Shown piece by piece: positions 39,204 through 50,500 of a stretch of DNA of 64,000 bases. The stretch comes from Mobula hypostoma (Eukaryota): assembly GCF_963921235.1 (NCBI RefSeq), contig NC_086098.1, positions 61,070,001 to 61,134,000 on the forward strand, in the 5' to 3' direction. Both the position numbers and the translations under genes were made by a program. The stretch's first letter is position 1, and every line of letters begins with the position of its first letter. The notes under the pieces are model-generated. The model ran no database searches. It was not told the DNA's origin and was given only the letters and a program-made list of their open reading frames with translations.

Positions 39204-40652
39204 TCATTTACAGCTCTGAAGTCTGTTTCGATGCAGTTTTTCCTCTGATAAGAGTGGAATAAAAGTATCAGTGTACGTGTTCAGAATACTCTTACTGAGC
39301 GAGAGGTTACTGGTTTTGGTAATCACAATATCCACATGTTGATGCCTGGGATCCTCGGAATCTCTGGCCTTGGCATTCAATTCCATTAGTTCAAGCTCGT
39401 GTTTTGCAGCTGTTTCTAACACTTTCTGCTTGTTATAATACCTGACAAAGTTATTAATAATGGGATGAATAGGCAAGGCAATAGCTATGATGCCGCAGAG
39501 AAAGCTGATGGCCGCGTTGAGCTTCCCCAGAGTTGTCTTTGGGTAAATATCCCCGTACCCAACGGTAGTCATTGTGATGATAGCCCACCAGAACGACTGC
39601 GGTATGCTTTTGAAAAGCGTTTCGGGGTGGCTCTGTTCCATGGTGAAGCCTAAAGCCGAGAACACGAAAATACCAATAGCCAAGTACATAAGCAATAGGC
39701 CCAGCTCCTTAAAGCTTCTCTTCAGCGCGTAGGTGAGGGTCTGCAGACCGCTGGAGTGTCGAGCCAGTTTAAAAATCCGCGCTATCCGCATGATCCGGAG
39801 AGCTTGGATGGCTTGCTGCACGTTCGTCAGCTCCATCAGGGTTGCCCCGACTGTGGTGAGGATCAGGCTGACGTAGAAAGGCAGAATGGCCAGCACATCT
39901 ATGATGTTCATGAAAGCAAGTGCAAATTTCAGCTTGTTGGGCGCTGCGAGGAGCCGGAGGATATACTCGGCTGTGAACCAGCCGATGCATGCCGTCTCGA
40001 TAGAATCAAGGGCCGGATGCTCCACCAGGCTCCCCTCCTCGTCCAGCACTTGGAGCTCGGGAATGGTGCTCAGGCACATGACCACGGAAGAGATCAGAAT
40101 AAACAGGAAAGACAAGACGGCAATCACCCTGGCCGGACAGGACGAGTCGGGCTTTTCCATCAGTTTCCAGAGGAACTTCTGAGTTTTGCCCCAACAGGTA
40201 TCCGCCGATACCCCCCTGTCGGCCAGGATAATCTGCACTTGCTTGGCGATTTCTTCCAGCTCGTCGTTCTTCTCGCCCAGCAAGCATTTGCAACACTCAT
40301 CCAAAAAGTCCACGTCGATCTTCCAGAAGTCCAGCTCGTTTTTGAAACAAATAGGGCAAATGCCCTTCTTTATGTGTATTTCTCCGAAATAGTACACTTC
40401 CATCACACACTTAAAGGAATCTGGATCTCGGTCGAAGTAGAACTCTCTCTTACTTGGGTCGTAGTCGTCGCAGAGGGAGGAGATGGCCTCGTACCCACTG
40501 CAGCGAAGGAGTTCTGCCAACCGGCTCTCCGGGTAACGGTTCACAACATACCCGTAAAGTAGGTGACGGACTCCGCCGATGTTCACCACCAGCTCCTGAT
40601 CCTCCGAAGCTTCTGATTCACTTGAATCTGGGCTCTTGGGCTCCGTCCCCAT
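39204..40652 (-). CDS. KCNF1: Voltage-gated potassium channel modifier subunit Kv5.1, single coding exon, 482 aa
   Basis: T1 domain (VVNIGG...CDDYD...EFYFDRDP...KGICPICFKNE), S4 RIMRIARIFKLARH, pore TMTTVGYGD, S6 IALPIHPIINNF, C-terminus DTFIPLLSEEKLHRNRLQSCK characteristic of KCNF1; strong Kozak context aaccATGg. Confidence 0.97.
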   Translation of the reverse strand: MGTEPKSPDSSESEASEDQELVVNIGGVRHLLYGYVVNRYPESRLAELLRCSGYEAISSLCDDYDPSKREFYFDRDPDSFKCVMEVYYFGEIHIKKGICPICFKNELDFWKIDVDFLDECCKCLLGEKNDELEEIAKQVQIILADRGVSADTCWGKTQKFLWKLMEKPDSSCPARVIAVLSFLFILISSVVMCLSTIPELQVLDEEGSLVEHPALDSIETACIGWFTAEYILRLLAAPNKLKFALAFMNIIDVLAILPFYVSLILTTVGATLMELTNVQQAIQALRIMRIARIFKLARHSSGLQTLTYALKRSFKELGLLLMYLAIGIFVFSALGFTMEQSHPETLFKSIPQSFWWAIITMTTVGYGDIYPKTTLGKLNAAISFLCGIIAIALPIHPIINNFVRYYNKQKVLETAAKHELELMELNAKARDSEDPRHQHVDIVITKTSNLSLSKSILNTYTDTFIPLLSEEKLHRNRLQSCK

Positions 40653-40859
40653 GGTTTAGATACCTTACACTGACACAAGTTCAACAGCCACACTTCTCGC
40701 TCCTTTTATGAATGTCTGAATTCGATTACTTGCATCGACTGCCTCGCTTTTTCGTAAAATTTATAGATAGAAAATGTAAAACAAACCATTACATTAACCT
40801 CTGGAATGCAGTTGAAGGGAAACGCTATTCGTGAAATACTGCGAATGAAACGCTTTAGA

Positions 40860-41560
40860 TCAAAATTCACCAAATCTGTCGCGCTGAAAGTTGGAATCGC
40901 CTACTTATAAACCTCCCCCAGAAAAGCCATCCAAATACCTTCGTACGTCATCATCTGGCAGTCGATTAATAGAATATATTCAAATAAACCAAACACGCGG
41001 CGTTCTGTCAGGTCGCTAATCTCACGAAACCAGAACAAAACTATACCTCACAAACGTGGAGTTTTAAAAGGACTGTTTCTCCTGCAGGCAGTTTGATAAA
41101 CGGGCAATAGGCTGATAACTTGTCGGCAGAGTCAGTGCGTGTAACGCAATGAGAGAGGCAAATTTTATCACCGCTATCCACAGCCTCGGAGAATGTCAAC
41201 AGTTCGGATCACAAAAGGTAACATAATCTGTCTCCTGGACGCGTACTGAAATTCTTCACATCCACCACATCTGAGCAGCTAGAAACCAGCCGCGCGCCCT
41301 ACTGGTGAAACAGCTCCACGGCGTCTGAAAATAATTGCTGAATTACTGCAAACCCCATCGCGCTTTTTACGTTTCATAAAGCAAACACTTGGGAACGAGA
41401 AAGATTTAACAAACTTTATTGCATAGTGATGAAAAATATGCAGCTACAAGCCACACAAAACGCACGTGTTATGTTTTGCTGAAAGAATTCGATGATTTTT
41501 TTTCTTCCGTTTGGGTAATGTACAAGCTCGTTGATCGCCTTTAGTCCTACTGCTTATTTA
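40860..41560 (-). promoter_or_regulatory. CpG-rich KCNF1 promoter region with candidate TATA box and CRE/ATF-like site
   Basis: CpG retained relative to the CpG-depleted background; minus-strand TTTATAAG at 40911-40904 and TGACGTA at 40950-40944. Confidence 0.55.
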
Positions 41561-41914
41561 CATGTTTCGTTTGCAACATAAAATTCTTCTGTGAATTCAG
41601 GAGAAGAAAAGCATTTTCCCATTGGAGTGTAGAGTGGAACATGTTGGTGGATTCCTCGGATCTGTATAAAATAGCATGCTGGTTAACCTCGTAGATCAGG
41701 CTTAAATTAGCATAGCTGAAGAGGTATAACTAACGGAAGCAATCTGAAGAAGTAATTATACCATAGTAAACAGGAGACGGATATCTGGCCCTTCATGCCG
41801 ACATTGCCATTCAATAGGATCATAGCTCATCCTTTATCTGAATATTTATCTTTCTCCATAATTCTTAACACCTTTTGTATCTAGAAATCTAATTTTGTAA
41901 ATATATTGAGTAGC

Positions 41915-44600
41915 TTAGTCTCGATAGACTTCTGTGACAGAGCCACGCTGACTATTCCTAATCATATTATACCTCTCCAAATGTTCATAAATCTTGCCTC
42001 TCAGGGTCTTTTCCATCAACTTATCAACCACTGAATTAAGACTCACTGGTCCATAATTCCCTGGGCTATCTCTACTCCCTTTCTTGAATAAAGGAACAAC
42101 ATCCACAAACCTCTAATCCTCCGGAAGCTCTCTCGTCCTCACTGATGATGCAAAGATCATGGCCAGAGGCTCAGCAATCTCCTCCCTCGCCTCCCACAGT
42201 ATCCTGGGGTATATCTCATCTGGTCCCAGTGACTTATCCAACTTGATGCTCTCCAAAAGCTCCAGCACATCTTCTTTCCTAATATCTATATGCTCAAGCT
42301 TTTCAGTCCACTGTAAGTCATCCCTACAATCACCAAGATCCTTTTCCATAGTGAATACTGAAGCAAAGTACTCATTAAGTACCTCTGCTGTCTCCTCCTT
42401 ACGCACTTTTCCACTGTCATGCTTGATTGGTCCTATTCTCTCACACCTTATCCTCTTGCTCTTCACAGACTTGTAGAATGCCTTGGGGTTTTCCTTAATC
42501 CTGTCTGCTAAGGCCTTCTCATGGCTCCTTCTGGCTCTCCTAATTTCATTCTTAAACTCCTTCCTGCTAGCCTTATAATCTTCTAGATCTCTATCATTAC
42601 CTAGTTTTTTTTAACCTTTTGTAAGCTTTTCTTTTCTTCTTGACTAGATTTACGACAGCCTTTGTACACTACGGTTCCTCCACCCTACCATCCTTTCCCT
42701 GTCTCATTTTCCACATTTCTTCTGTACTTTTCCCTTAGAACATCTGATCCCAGTTTATGTTTCCGAGTTCCTGCCAGATAGCTTCATATTTCCCCTTACT
42801 CCAATTAAACACTTTCCTAACTTATCTGTTCCTATCCCTCTCCAATGCTATGGTAAAGGAGATCGAATTATGATCACTATCTCCAAAATGCTGTCCCACT
42901 GAGAGATCTGACACCTGACCAGGTTCATTTCCCAATACCAGATCAAGTACAGCCTCTCCTCTTGTAGGCTTACCTACATATTGTGTCAAGAAACCTTCCT
43001 GAACACACCTAGCAAACTCCACCCCATCTAAACCCCTCGCTCTAGGGAGATGCCAATCAATATTTGGGAAATTAAAATCTCCCACATGACAACCCTGTTA
43101 TTATTACACCTTTTCAGAATCTGTCTTCCTATCTGTTCTCGATATCCCTGTTGCTTTTGGAAGGTCTATAAAAAACACCCAGTAGAGTTATTGACCCCTT
43201 TCTGTTCCTAACTTCCACCTACAGAGACCCTGTAGACAATCCTTCCATGACTTCCTCCTTTTCTGCAGCCGTGACACTATCTCTGATCAACAGTACCACA
43301 CCCCCACCTCTTTTGCCTCCCTCCCTGTCCTTTCTGAAACATCTGAAGCCTGGCACTTGAAGTAAGCATCCCTGTCCCTGAGCCATCCAAGTCTCTGTAA
43401 TGGCCACCACATCATAGCTTGATCCTGATGTACTGATCCACGCTGTAAGCTCACCTGCTTTGTTCACAATGCTCCTTGCATTAAAATAGACACATCTCAA
43501 ACCATCGGTCTGAGTGCATCCCTTCTCTATCACCTGCCTATCCTCCCTCTTGCACTGTCTACAAGCTTTCTCTATCACTGTCTCCCACTATCATTTGCCA
43601 ACCATCTCTTCCTTCATCTCTTCAGTTTGGTTCCCACCCCCCAGCAATTCTAGTTTGAACTCTCCCCAATAGCTTTAGCAAACCTCCCTGCCAGGATATT
43701 TGTCCCCCTGTGATTCAAGTGCAACCCATCCCTTTTGTACAGGTCACTCCTGCCCGAAAGAGGTCCCAGTGATCCAGAAATCTGAATCCCTGCCCCCTGC
43801 TCCAGTCCCTCAGCCAAGCATTTATCCTCCACCTCACTCTATTCCTGTACTCACTGTCGCATGGCACAGGCAGTAATCCTGAGATTACTACCTTTGAGGT
43901 CCTGCTTTTCAACTTCCTTCCTAACTCCTGATGCCTGATAAGTCTGTTTTCAGGACCTCCTCCCTTTTCGTTGGCACCAATATGTCGCACGACTTCTGGC
44001 TGTTCTCCTTCCCACTTCAGAATATCGTGGACCTGATCAGAAACATCCCAGACCCTGGCACCTGGGAGGCAAACTACCATCTGTGTTTCCTTCCTGCATC
44101 CACAGAATTGCCTGTCTAAACCCCTATCTATTGAGTCCCCTATCATTGCTGCCATCCTCTTTCTTTCCCTACCATTCTGAGCCACAGGGCCAGACTTGCC
44201 ACTGTTGATTCCCCCAGGTAGGCCGTTCCCCCACCCCCCCAACAGTACACAAACAACCACTGGGTTACTCTCTAGCATCTGACTCTTGCCCTTTCATCTC
44301 CTGACTGTTACCCACTTATCAGTTTCCCAAGGCCCCGTTGTGACTACCTGCCTATAGCTCCTCTCTATCACCTTCCCACTTTTCCTGACCAGACGAAGGT
44401 CATTGAGCTGCATCTCTAGTTCCCTAAGGTGGTCCCAGGATTTCCCAAATCTAACACCGGCCTCACACACATACTTCCTGTCTGTACTCTACACAAGCAA
44501 CCTACCTCACCTCGACGTGTTACTGCCAAAGCCCCGTTGAGCCAAAGCCCTCCTACTCTGTCTCCTTGTACTCTGAAGTCCGCTCTATAAGGCTGTCTCC
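41915..44600 (-). mobile_element. CR1 LINE 5' two-thirds (5' UTR, ORF1 SGNH esterase, APE endonuclease, start of RT)
   Basis: IGDSIDRG...VCLPGARV...LYKRDGLHLN (ORF1); YFNARSI, GDFNFPNIDW, SDHN (endonuclease); PLFKKGSRDSPGNYGPVSL (RT). Confidence 0.92.
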
Positions 44601-46236
44601 CACTATCATTTGCCTTCTTAAATTTTCACTTCATCTGCATATTTGATTTCAGTGATTTCAAGAATCACTAGAGGACTGGAAAATTGCAAATATCCTTCCA
44701 CTCTTTAAGACAGGAGGGAGGCAGAAGGAAGGAAATTATAGGCCAATTAGCCTAACTTCAGTGACTGGGAAGATGTTGAGGTCAGGGCCGGATTAACCTA
44801 GTAGCAGAAGTAGCATATGCTACGGGCCCCACATTTTCGAGGGCCCCGCCCACACTGAATGCTTGCAAGCTGCAGTCTGGTGAAATTGTATTCTCATGAC
44901 TGTTAGAGTGTGTTTTGGGTAGACGATTCATTTACACTTAAATAATAAATGACTTCAGCCATCAGTCTTCTGTTCGTTGACAAAGTACTGTGGATTGAGT
45001 TCATAACAATGCATTTCCTAAAAGCTGTGAGCCCAGTTTCATTTGTAACAATGCATCTCTGGCACCTCTGAGACAAGAATGCTAAGTTTACAGGTAATTG
45101 CAAAGACACCATATTTATGCCTTTTGAATATGAATTGTCCTCTATGTTAGCACGTAACATACCGAATATTGTATTATGGATTTTAACTTGCATTCCTAAA
45201 GGCCATGAATGCCAGTTTAGGCATACTGGCACCAGTAGAATGAATTTAATCAAAAGATGTGAAAACTTCAAAGAATTGTCTATACTTGTAACTACGAACT
45301 GTCCTTCGTGTTTAGCAAATAAATATCGAACCTCAATCACAAGGTGGTTAGACCTGCTTTGCCAGGGGTCTCTGCCTGCTGTAACCTTGTTTTGTCGAAT
45401 AAAGAAACTGCCTTGTACCTACCGGTAATGGAATGCTCTGTGATTTCATACACACCACAACAACGACGATCTGACAATGCTGTTGTTTTCATGTTGGGGG
45501 AGCTGCATGCTGCATGGTACAGTATGTGTGTGTAGGCGTGTGTTAGCTCCTTGCTGTGTCGTGGTATAAATGCTCATGCAAACCAAGGAAGCGGACATAA
45601 ATCATACCTATCTAAAACAACATGTGAGGAATTCATCAATCAGATTGGATCCAGCAGATTGGATCACATTATCGGTAAAGTGAAGAAATACAAGTGAAGA
45701 ATCCAACTGTTTCATTGGATTCTACTCCAGATATAGCTAATGTGGACTAGCTGACTTCAACTGTGCGCTATGTTTTGCCGTCTGGACCAGTTGAAAGATT
45801 TGTGAAGTTTTTGGATATGGAAGGTCATAGTGATGAACAACTTGCTCAAAGTTTACTTGACTTTTTAAAGGAAAATGACATTGATATAAAAGACTGCCGT
45901 GGTCAAAGTTATGACAATGCCAGCAACATGAGTGGCAAGCATAGTGGTTAAAAGCACGAATTAAAAAGCTGAATGAGTTTGTGGATTACATTCCATGTTT
46001 TGCACATTCACTAAATTTGGTTGGAAAATGTGTCACTGAATGTTGTCAAGAAGCATTTATTTTCTTGCAATTTGTAGAAAGCCTGTACATATTTCTTTCT
46101 GCTTCTACTTATCGGTGGGATCTCCTTTCTGCTGCATTATCTTAAACACAAAATAATCTGCAGATGCTGGGGTCAAAGCAACACTCACAACACACTGGAG
46201 GAACTCAGCAGGTCGGGCAGCATCAGTGGAAAAGAT

Positions 46237-46274
46237 CGGTCGACGTTTCGGGCCGGAAACCTTCATCAGGACTG
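46237..46274 (-). ncRNA. Minimal hammerhead ribozyme
   Basis: Minus strand: cagtc CTGATGA aggtttccggccc GAAA cGTC gaccg. Confidence 0.8.
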
Positions 46275-47559
46275 TTGGGGGAAGGGGCAGAGGCCCTATA
46301 AAGAAGGTGGGGGGAGGGTGGGAAGGAGAAGGCTGGTAGGTTCCAGGAGAAAAACCAGTAAGGGGAAAGATAAAGGGGTGGGGGAAGGGAGGCAGGGAGG
46401 TGATAGGCAGGAAAGGTGAGGAAAGAATAGGGGAAAACACAATGGGTAGTAGAAGGAGGCGGAACCGAGAGGGAAGAGGTAGGCAGCTGGGGGAGGGGGT
46501 AGAGATAGGGATAGGGGAAGGGAGGGGGAGGGAATTACCGGAAGCTGGAGAATTCTATGTTCGTACCAAGGGGCTGGAGACTACCTAGACGGTATATGAG
46601 GTGTTGCTCCTCCAACCTGAGTTTAGCCTCATCATGGCAGTAGAGGAGGCCATGTATGGACATATCTGAATGGGAGTGGGAAGCAGAGTTGAAGTGGGTG
46701 GCTACTGGGAGATCCTGTCTGTTTTGGCGGATGGAGCGGAGGTGAGAGACGAAGCGGTCCCCCAATCTGCGTCGGGTTTCACCGATGTAGAGGAGGCCAC
46801 ACTGGGAGCACCGGATGCAATAGATGACCCCAACAGACTCACAAGTGAAGTGTTGCCTCACTTGGAAGTACTGTTTGGGGCCCTGATTGGTGGCAAGACA
46901 TACCAAGGGGCTGGAGACTCCCTAGACATACAGTACTTCCCCAAACAGGGCCCCAAACAGTACTTCCAAGTGAGGCAACACTTCACTTGTGAGTCTGTTG
47001 GGGTCATCTATTGCATCCAGTGCTCCCGGTGCGGGTTCCTCTACATCGGTGAAACCCGACGCACATTGGGGGACCACTTCGTCGAGCACCTCCGCTCCAT
47101 CCGCCAAAACAGACAGGATCTCCCAGTACCCAGCCACTTCAACTCTGCTTCCCATTCCCATTCAGATATGTCCATACATGGCCTCCTCTACTGCCATGAT
47201 GAGGCTAAACTCAGGTTGGAGGAGCAACACCTCATATACCGTCTAGGTAGTCTCCAGACCCTTGGTATGAACATAGAATTCTCCAACTTCTGTTAATTCC
47301 CTTCCCCTCCCTTCCCCTATCCTATGTCACTCTGCCCCCTCCCCCAGCTGCCTACCTCCTCCCTCATGGTTCCACCTCCTTCTACTACCCATTGTGTTTT
47401 CCCCTATTTTTTCTTCACCTTTCCTGCCTATCATCTCCCTGCTTCCCCTCCCCCACCCCTTTATCTTTCCCCTTACTGATTTTTCACCTGGAACCTACCA
47501 GCTTTCTCCTTCCCACCCTCCCCACACCTTCTTTATAGGGCCTCTGCCCCTTCCCCCTA

Positions 47560-47597
47560 CAGTCCTGACGAAGGGTTCTGGCCCGAAACATCGACCG
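47560..47597 (+). ncRNA. Minimal hammerhead ribozyme
   Basis: cagtc CTGACGA agggttctggccc GAAA cATC gaccg. Confidence 0.75.
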
Positions 47598-50500
47598 ATC
47601 TTTTCCACTGATGCTCCTGACCTGCTGAGTTCCTCTATCGTGTTGTGAATGCTGCTGCATTATCTGATGGCGGTGCTCATTTGCCCATTGTGAAAAAAAT
47701 GTCAGATATGAGGTGGTCAGCTTGTGCAGATGCAACAAAAGCACTTTTACACAGCTTTTCTGCAATAAAACAAGTCTTGGATGACATTCCAAATAACAAT
47801 GATCAGAAGGCAGTGTGTCGACAACATGCTCGTGGACTACTTTCACGAACTACTTACCTGAAGAAGTTGGATCAAATATTACAGCATTTTCAAATGACCA
47901 GTGCTTCCTTGCAATCTTCTGGCCAAGACTTGAACACATCTTGTGCACTCTATGAATCCTTGCATGGATATATTCAAGCTATGTGGTCTACTTTTTCAGA
48001 CATTGAGCAAAAAGCCAAGGATTTGACGAAGTGTGAAGATTATCAACAGCAAACTCGAAGACAACACAAGCAAAATCACACGTATGATGATTTCAGTGGT
48101 TCCAGCACTCTTGATCCACTTGTTGAATCTCAAACGCCTTCTCAAAAGTTTAAAAGCCGAACATTTCTTGCCATTATTGACAGCTTGCTTTCTGCCCTGT
48201 CAAAAAGGCAGATAGCTTATCCAAAGATGAATGGTGTTTTTGGATTCCTTCATCAGTTACAGTCATTTACACCCGAAGAGATGGTAAAGAGGTCATCAGA
48301 TCTTATTAAATCATATCCAGAAGATCTGGAAGAAAGTCTTAATGAAGGATTTGTCCAGTTTACTGAACTGTTGAAAGCTGATCTTGCTTCTCATATTGGT
48401 GCCAAACAAGACCTTGTAGAGTTGCAATTGTACCATTTGATAACTGACAATTCTTTGGAGTCATGTTTTCCAAATGTAGAAAATGCCTTGTGCATCCATT
48501 TGTCACTCATGGTTACCAACTGCAGTTGAGAACGCTCATTTTCAAAACTGAAAAGGATTAAAAATGAACTAAGGAGCACCATGGGTCAAAACAGATTGAA
48601 CAATCTCACTTTAATGAGCATTGAAGATGAACTTCTGTGTGAAATAGTCATTTCCAGTACCATCAACAAATTTGCTCATGCTAAGTCTAGAAAATCTAAC
48701 TTTTAAATTGTAGTATTGTGACTTTTGACATTTGAAATTGATACCTACTTGTAAGTAATACTGTTATTGAAGTGTCAGACATTTGTCATATTATCTGGCT
48801 GTATAGCAAAGGAAAAAATTGAATTACTTTACTATGCAAGTAAATAATTTACGTTTTAATACTTACACGCATTTTTTAAATTTAGGGCCCCTTTATATCA
48901 TATGCTATAGGTCTCACACTAGCTTAATCCAGCCCTGGTTGGAGTCCATAATTAAGGGTAAGGATTTGGGGTACTTGAAGGTGCATCGTAAAGTAGGTCA
49001 AAGTCAGCATGGTTTTCTTAAGGGGAAATGATATCTGTTGAAATTCTTTGAGGATATAACAGGCAGAATAGACAAAAGAGTCAGTGGATGCTGTTTACTT
49101 GGATTTTCAGAAGGCTTGTGACAAAGTACCATACATGAAGCTGCTTAACAACAAAAGAGCCAATGGTAATACAGGAAAGATACTTACATTGGTAGAAGAC
49201 TGGCTGATTGGCAGGAGCCAAAGAATCTAAATAAAAGGAAGCTATTCTGGTTGGCTGCCAGTGACGTGGTGGTCTGCAGGAATCAGTATTGGGACTGCTT
49301 CTTTTCATGTTATATGTCAATAATTTGGATGATGGAACTGATAGCTTTGTGGCCAAGTTTGCAGAAGATACGAAGATAGGTGGAGGGGCAGGTAATGTTG
49401 AGAAACCAGGGAGTCTGCAGGAGGACTTGGATAGATTGGGAGAATGGGCAAAGAAGTGGTAGATGGAATATAGTGTATGGCCATGGACTTTGGTAGGGAG
49501 AATAAAGATGTAAACTATTTTCTAAATGGGGTGAAAATTCAAAAATCAGAGGTGTAAAGGGAATTGGGAGTCCCTGTGCCGGATTCTCTAAAGGTTACTC
49601 TGCAGATTGAGTCGGTGGTAGGGAAGGCAAATGCAATGTTAGCAATCATTTTGAGAGGACTAGAATAAAACTGCAAAAATATGATGCTGAGGATTTACAA
49701 AGCATTGGTCAGTCAACACTTGGAGTATTGTGTGCAGTTTTGAGTCCCTTAACTAAAAAAAGATGTCCTGACATTGGAGAAGTTCCACAGGAGGTCCACA
49801 AGAATGATTTCAGGAATGAAAGAGTTAATATATGAAGAGCACTTGATGGCTGTCCCTGGGCCTGTGCTCACCTGAGTTTAGAAGAATGAAGGGGAATTTC
49901 ATTAAAACCTGTGGAATATTGAAAGACCTAGACAGAGCGGAGGTGGAGAGGATGTTTCCTGTAGTGAGTGAGTTTAGGACCACAATGCACAACTTCAGAA
50001 TCCATTCAGAACAAAGATGAGAAGATATTTCTTTCCCCAGAGGGTAAAGAATCTGTGGAATCCATTGCCAGGAATAGCTGTGATGGCCAAGTCATTAAGT
50101 ATGTTTAAAGCAGAGATTTTTAGGTCCTTAGTTAGTCAGAGCATCAAATGTTACAGGGAGAAGGCAAGAGAATAGGGTTGAGAGAGATAATAAATCAGCC
50201 ATGATGGAATGGTGGAGCAAACTCGATGGGCCAAGTGGCCTAATTCTACTCCAATGTCTTATGGTCTTATGGACTGGTGTATACTGACACTCAGATCCCT
50301 CTGTGCATCAATATTTTCCAATTTACCACCATTTATATAAATATTCATCCAAAGATGAAAAAAACCAGAAAGTATTTACCCACCTTATAAATTTGAAACA
50401 TAGACTTTATCCTCATTTTAAAAATGCACAATGATTAAACCAAATGAAGACAATGTTACATTCTACATCACGGTCAATATATTTTGTACTGTTAAAGTAA

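Larger units (their letters stand above)
46143..47651. mobile_element. Palindromic Penelope-like insertion (two inverted GIY-YIG plus 3' UTR arms) inside the hAT transposase
   Basis: Minus arm about 46144-46885, plus arm 46946-47651, 60-nt spacer; 14-bp TSD ctgctgcattatct (46129-46142 / 47652-47665). Confidence 0.95.
44783..48937 (+). mobile_element. Full-length degenerate hAT DNA transposon (Tip100/ZMYM1-like transposase)
   Basis: TIRs cagggccggattaacctag / ctagcttaatccagccctg (17/19); 8-bp TSD gttgaggt / gttggagt; transposase motifs DSTPD, RGQSYDNASNMSG, PCFAHSLNL, RWS and C-terminal ERSFSKLKRIKNELRSTMGQNRLNNL. Confidence 0.92.
44648..50272 (+). mobile_element. CR1 RT-to-tail fragment split by the hAT insertion (44648-44782 and 48938-50272)
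   Basis: PLFK.GGRQKEGNYRPISLTSV before the insertion continues after it; tail tcttatggtcttatgg at about 50260. Confidence 0.88.

Noticed and set aside
39756-40562. 268-aa plus-strand ORF and other ORFs overlapping KCNF1
   Set aside because: Antisense or alternative-frame shadows of a GC-rich coding exon; no recognisable domain.
44903-45535. ORFs of 145, 103 and 63 aa in the hAT left arm
   Set aside because: No recognisable motifs; probably frameshifted transposase N-terminus or subterminal sequence.
47645-48529. 294-aa ORF as a possible domesticated ZMYM1-like gene
   Set aside because: It is part of a TIR-bounded hAT with stops, frameshifts and a PLE insertion; the start codon lies in the PLE junction.
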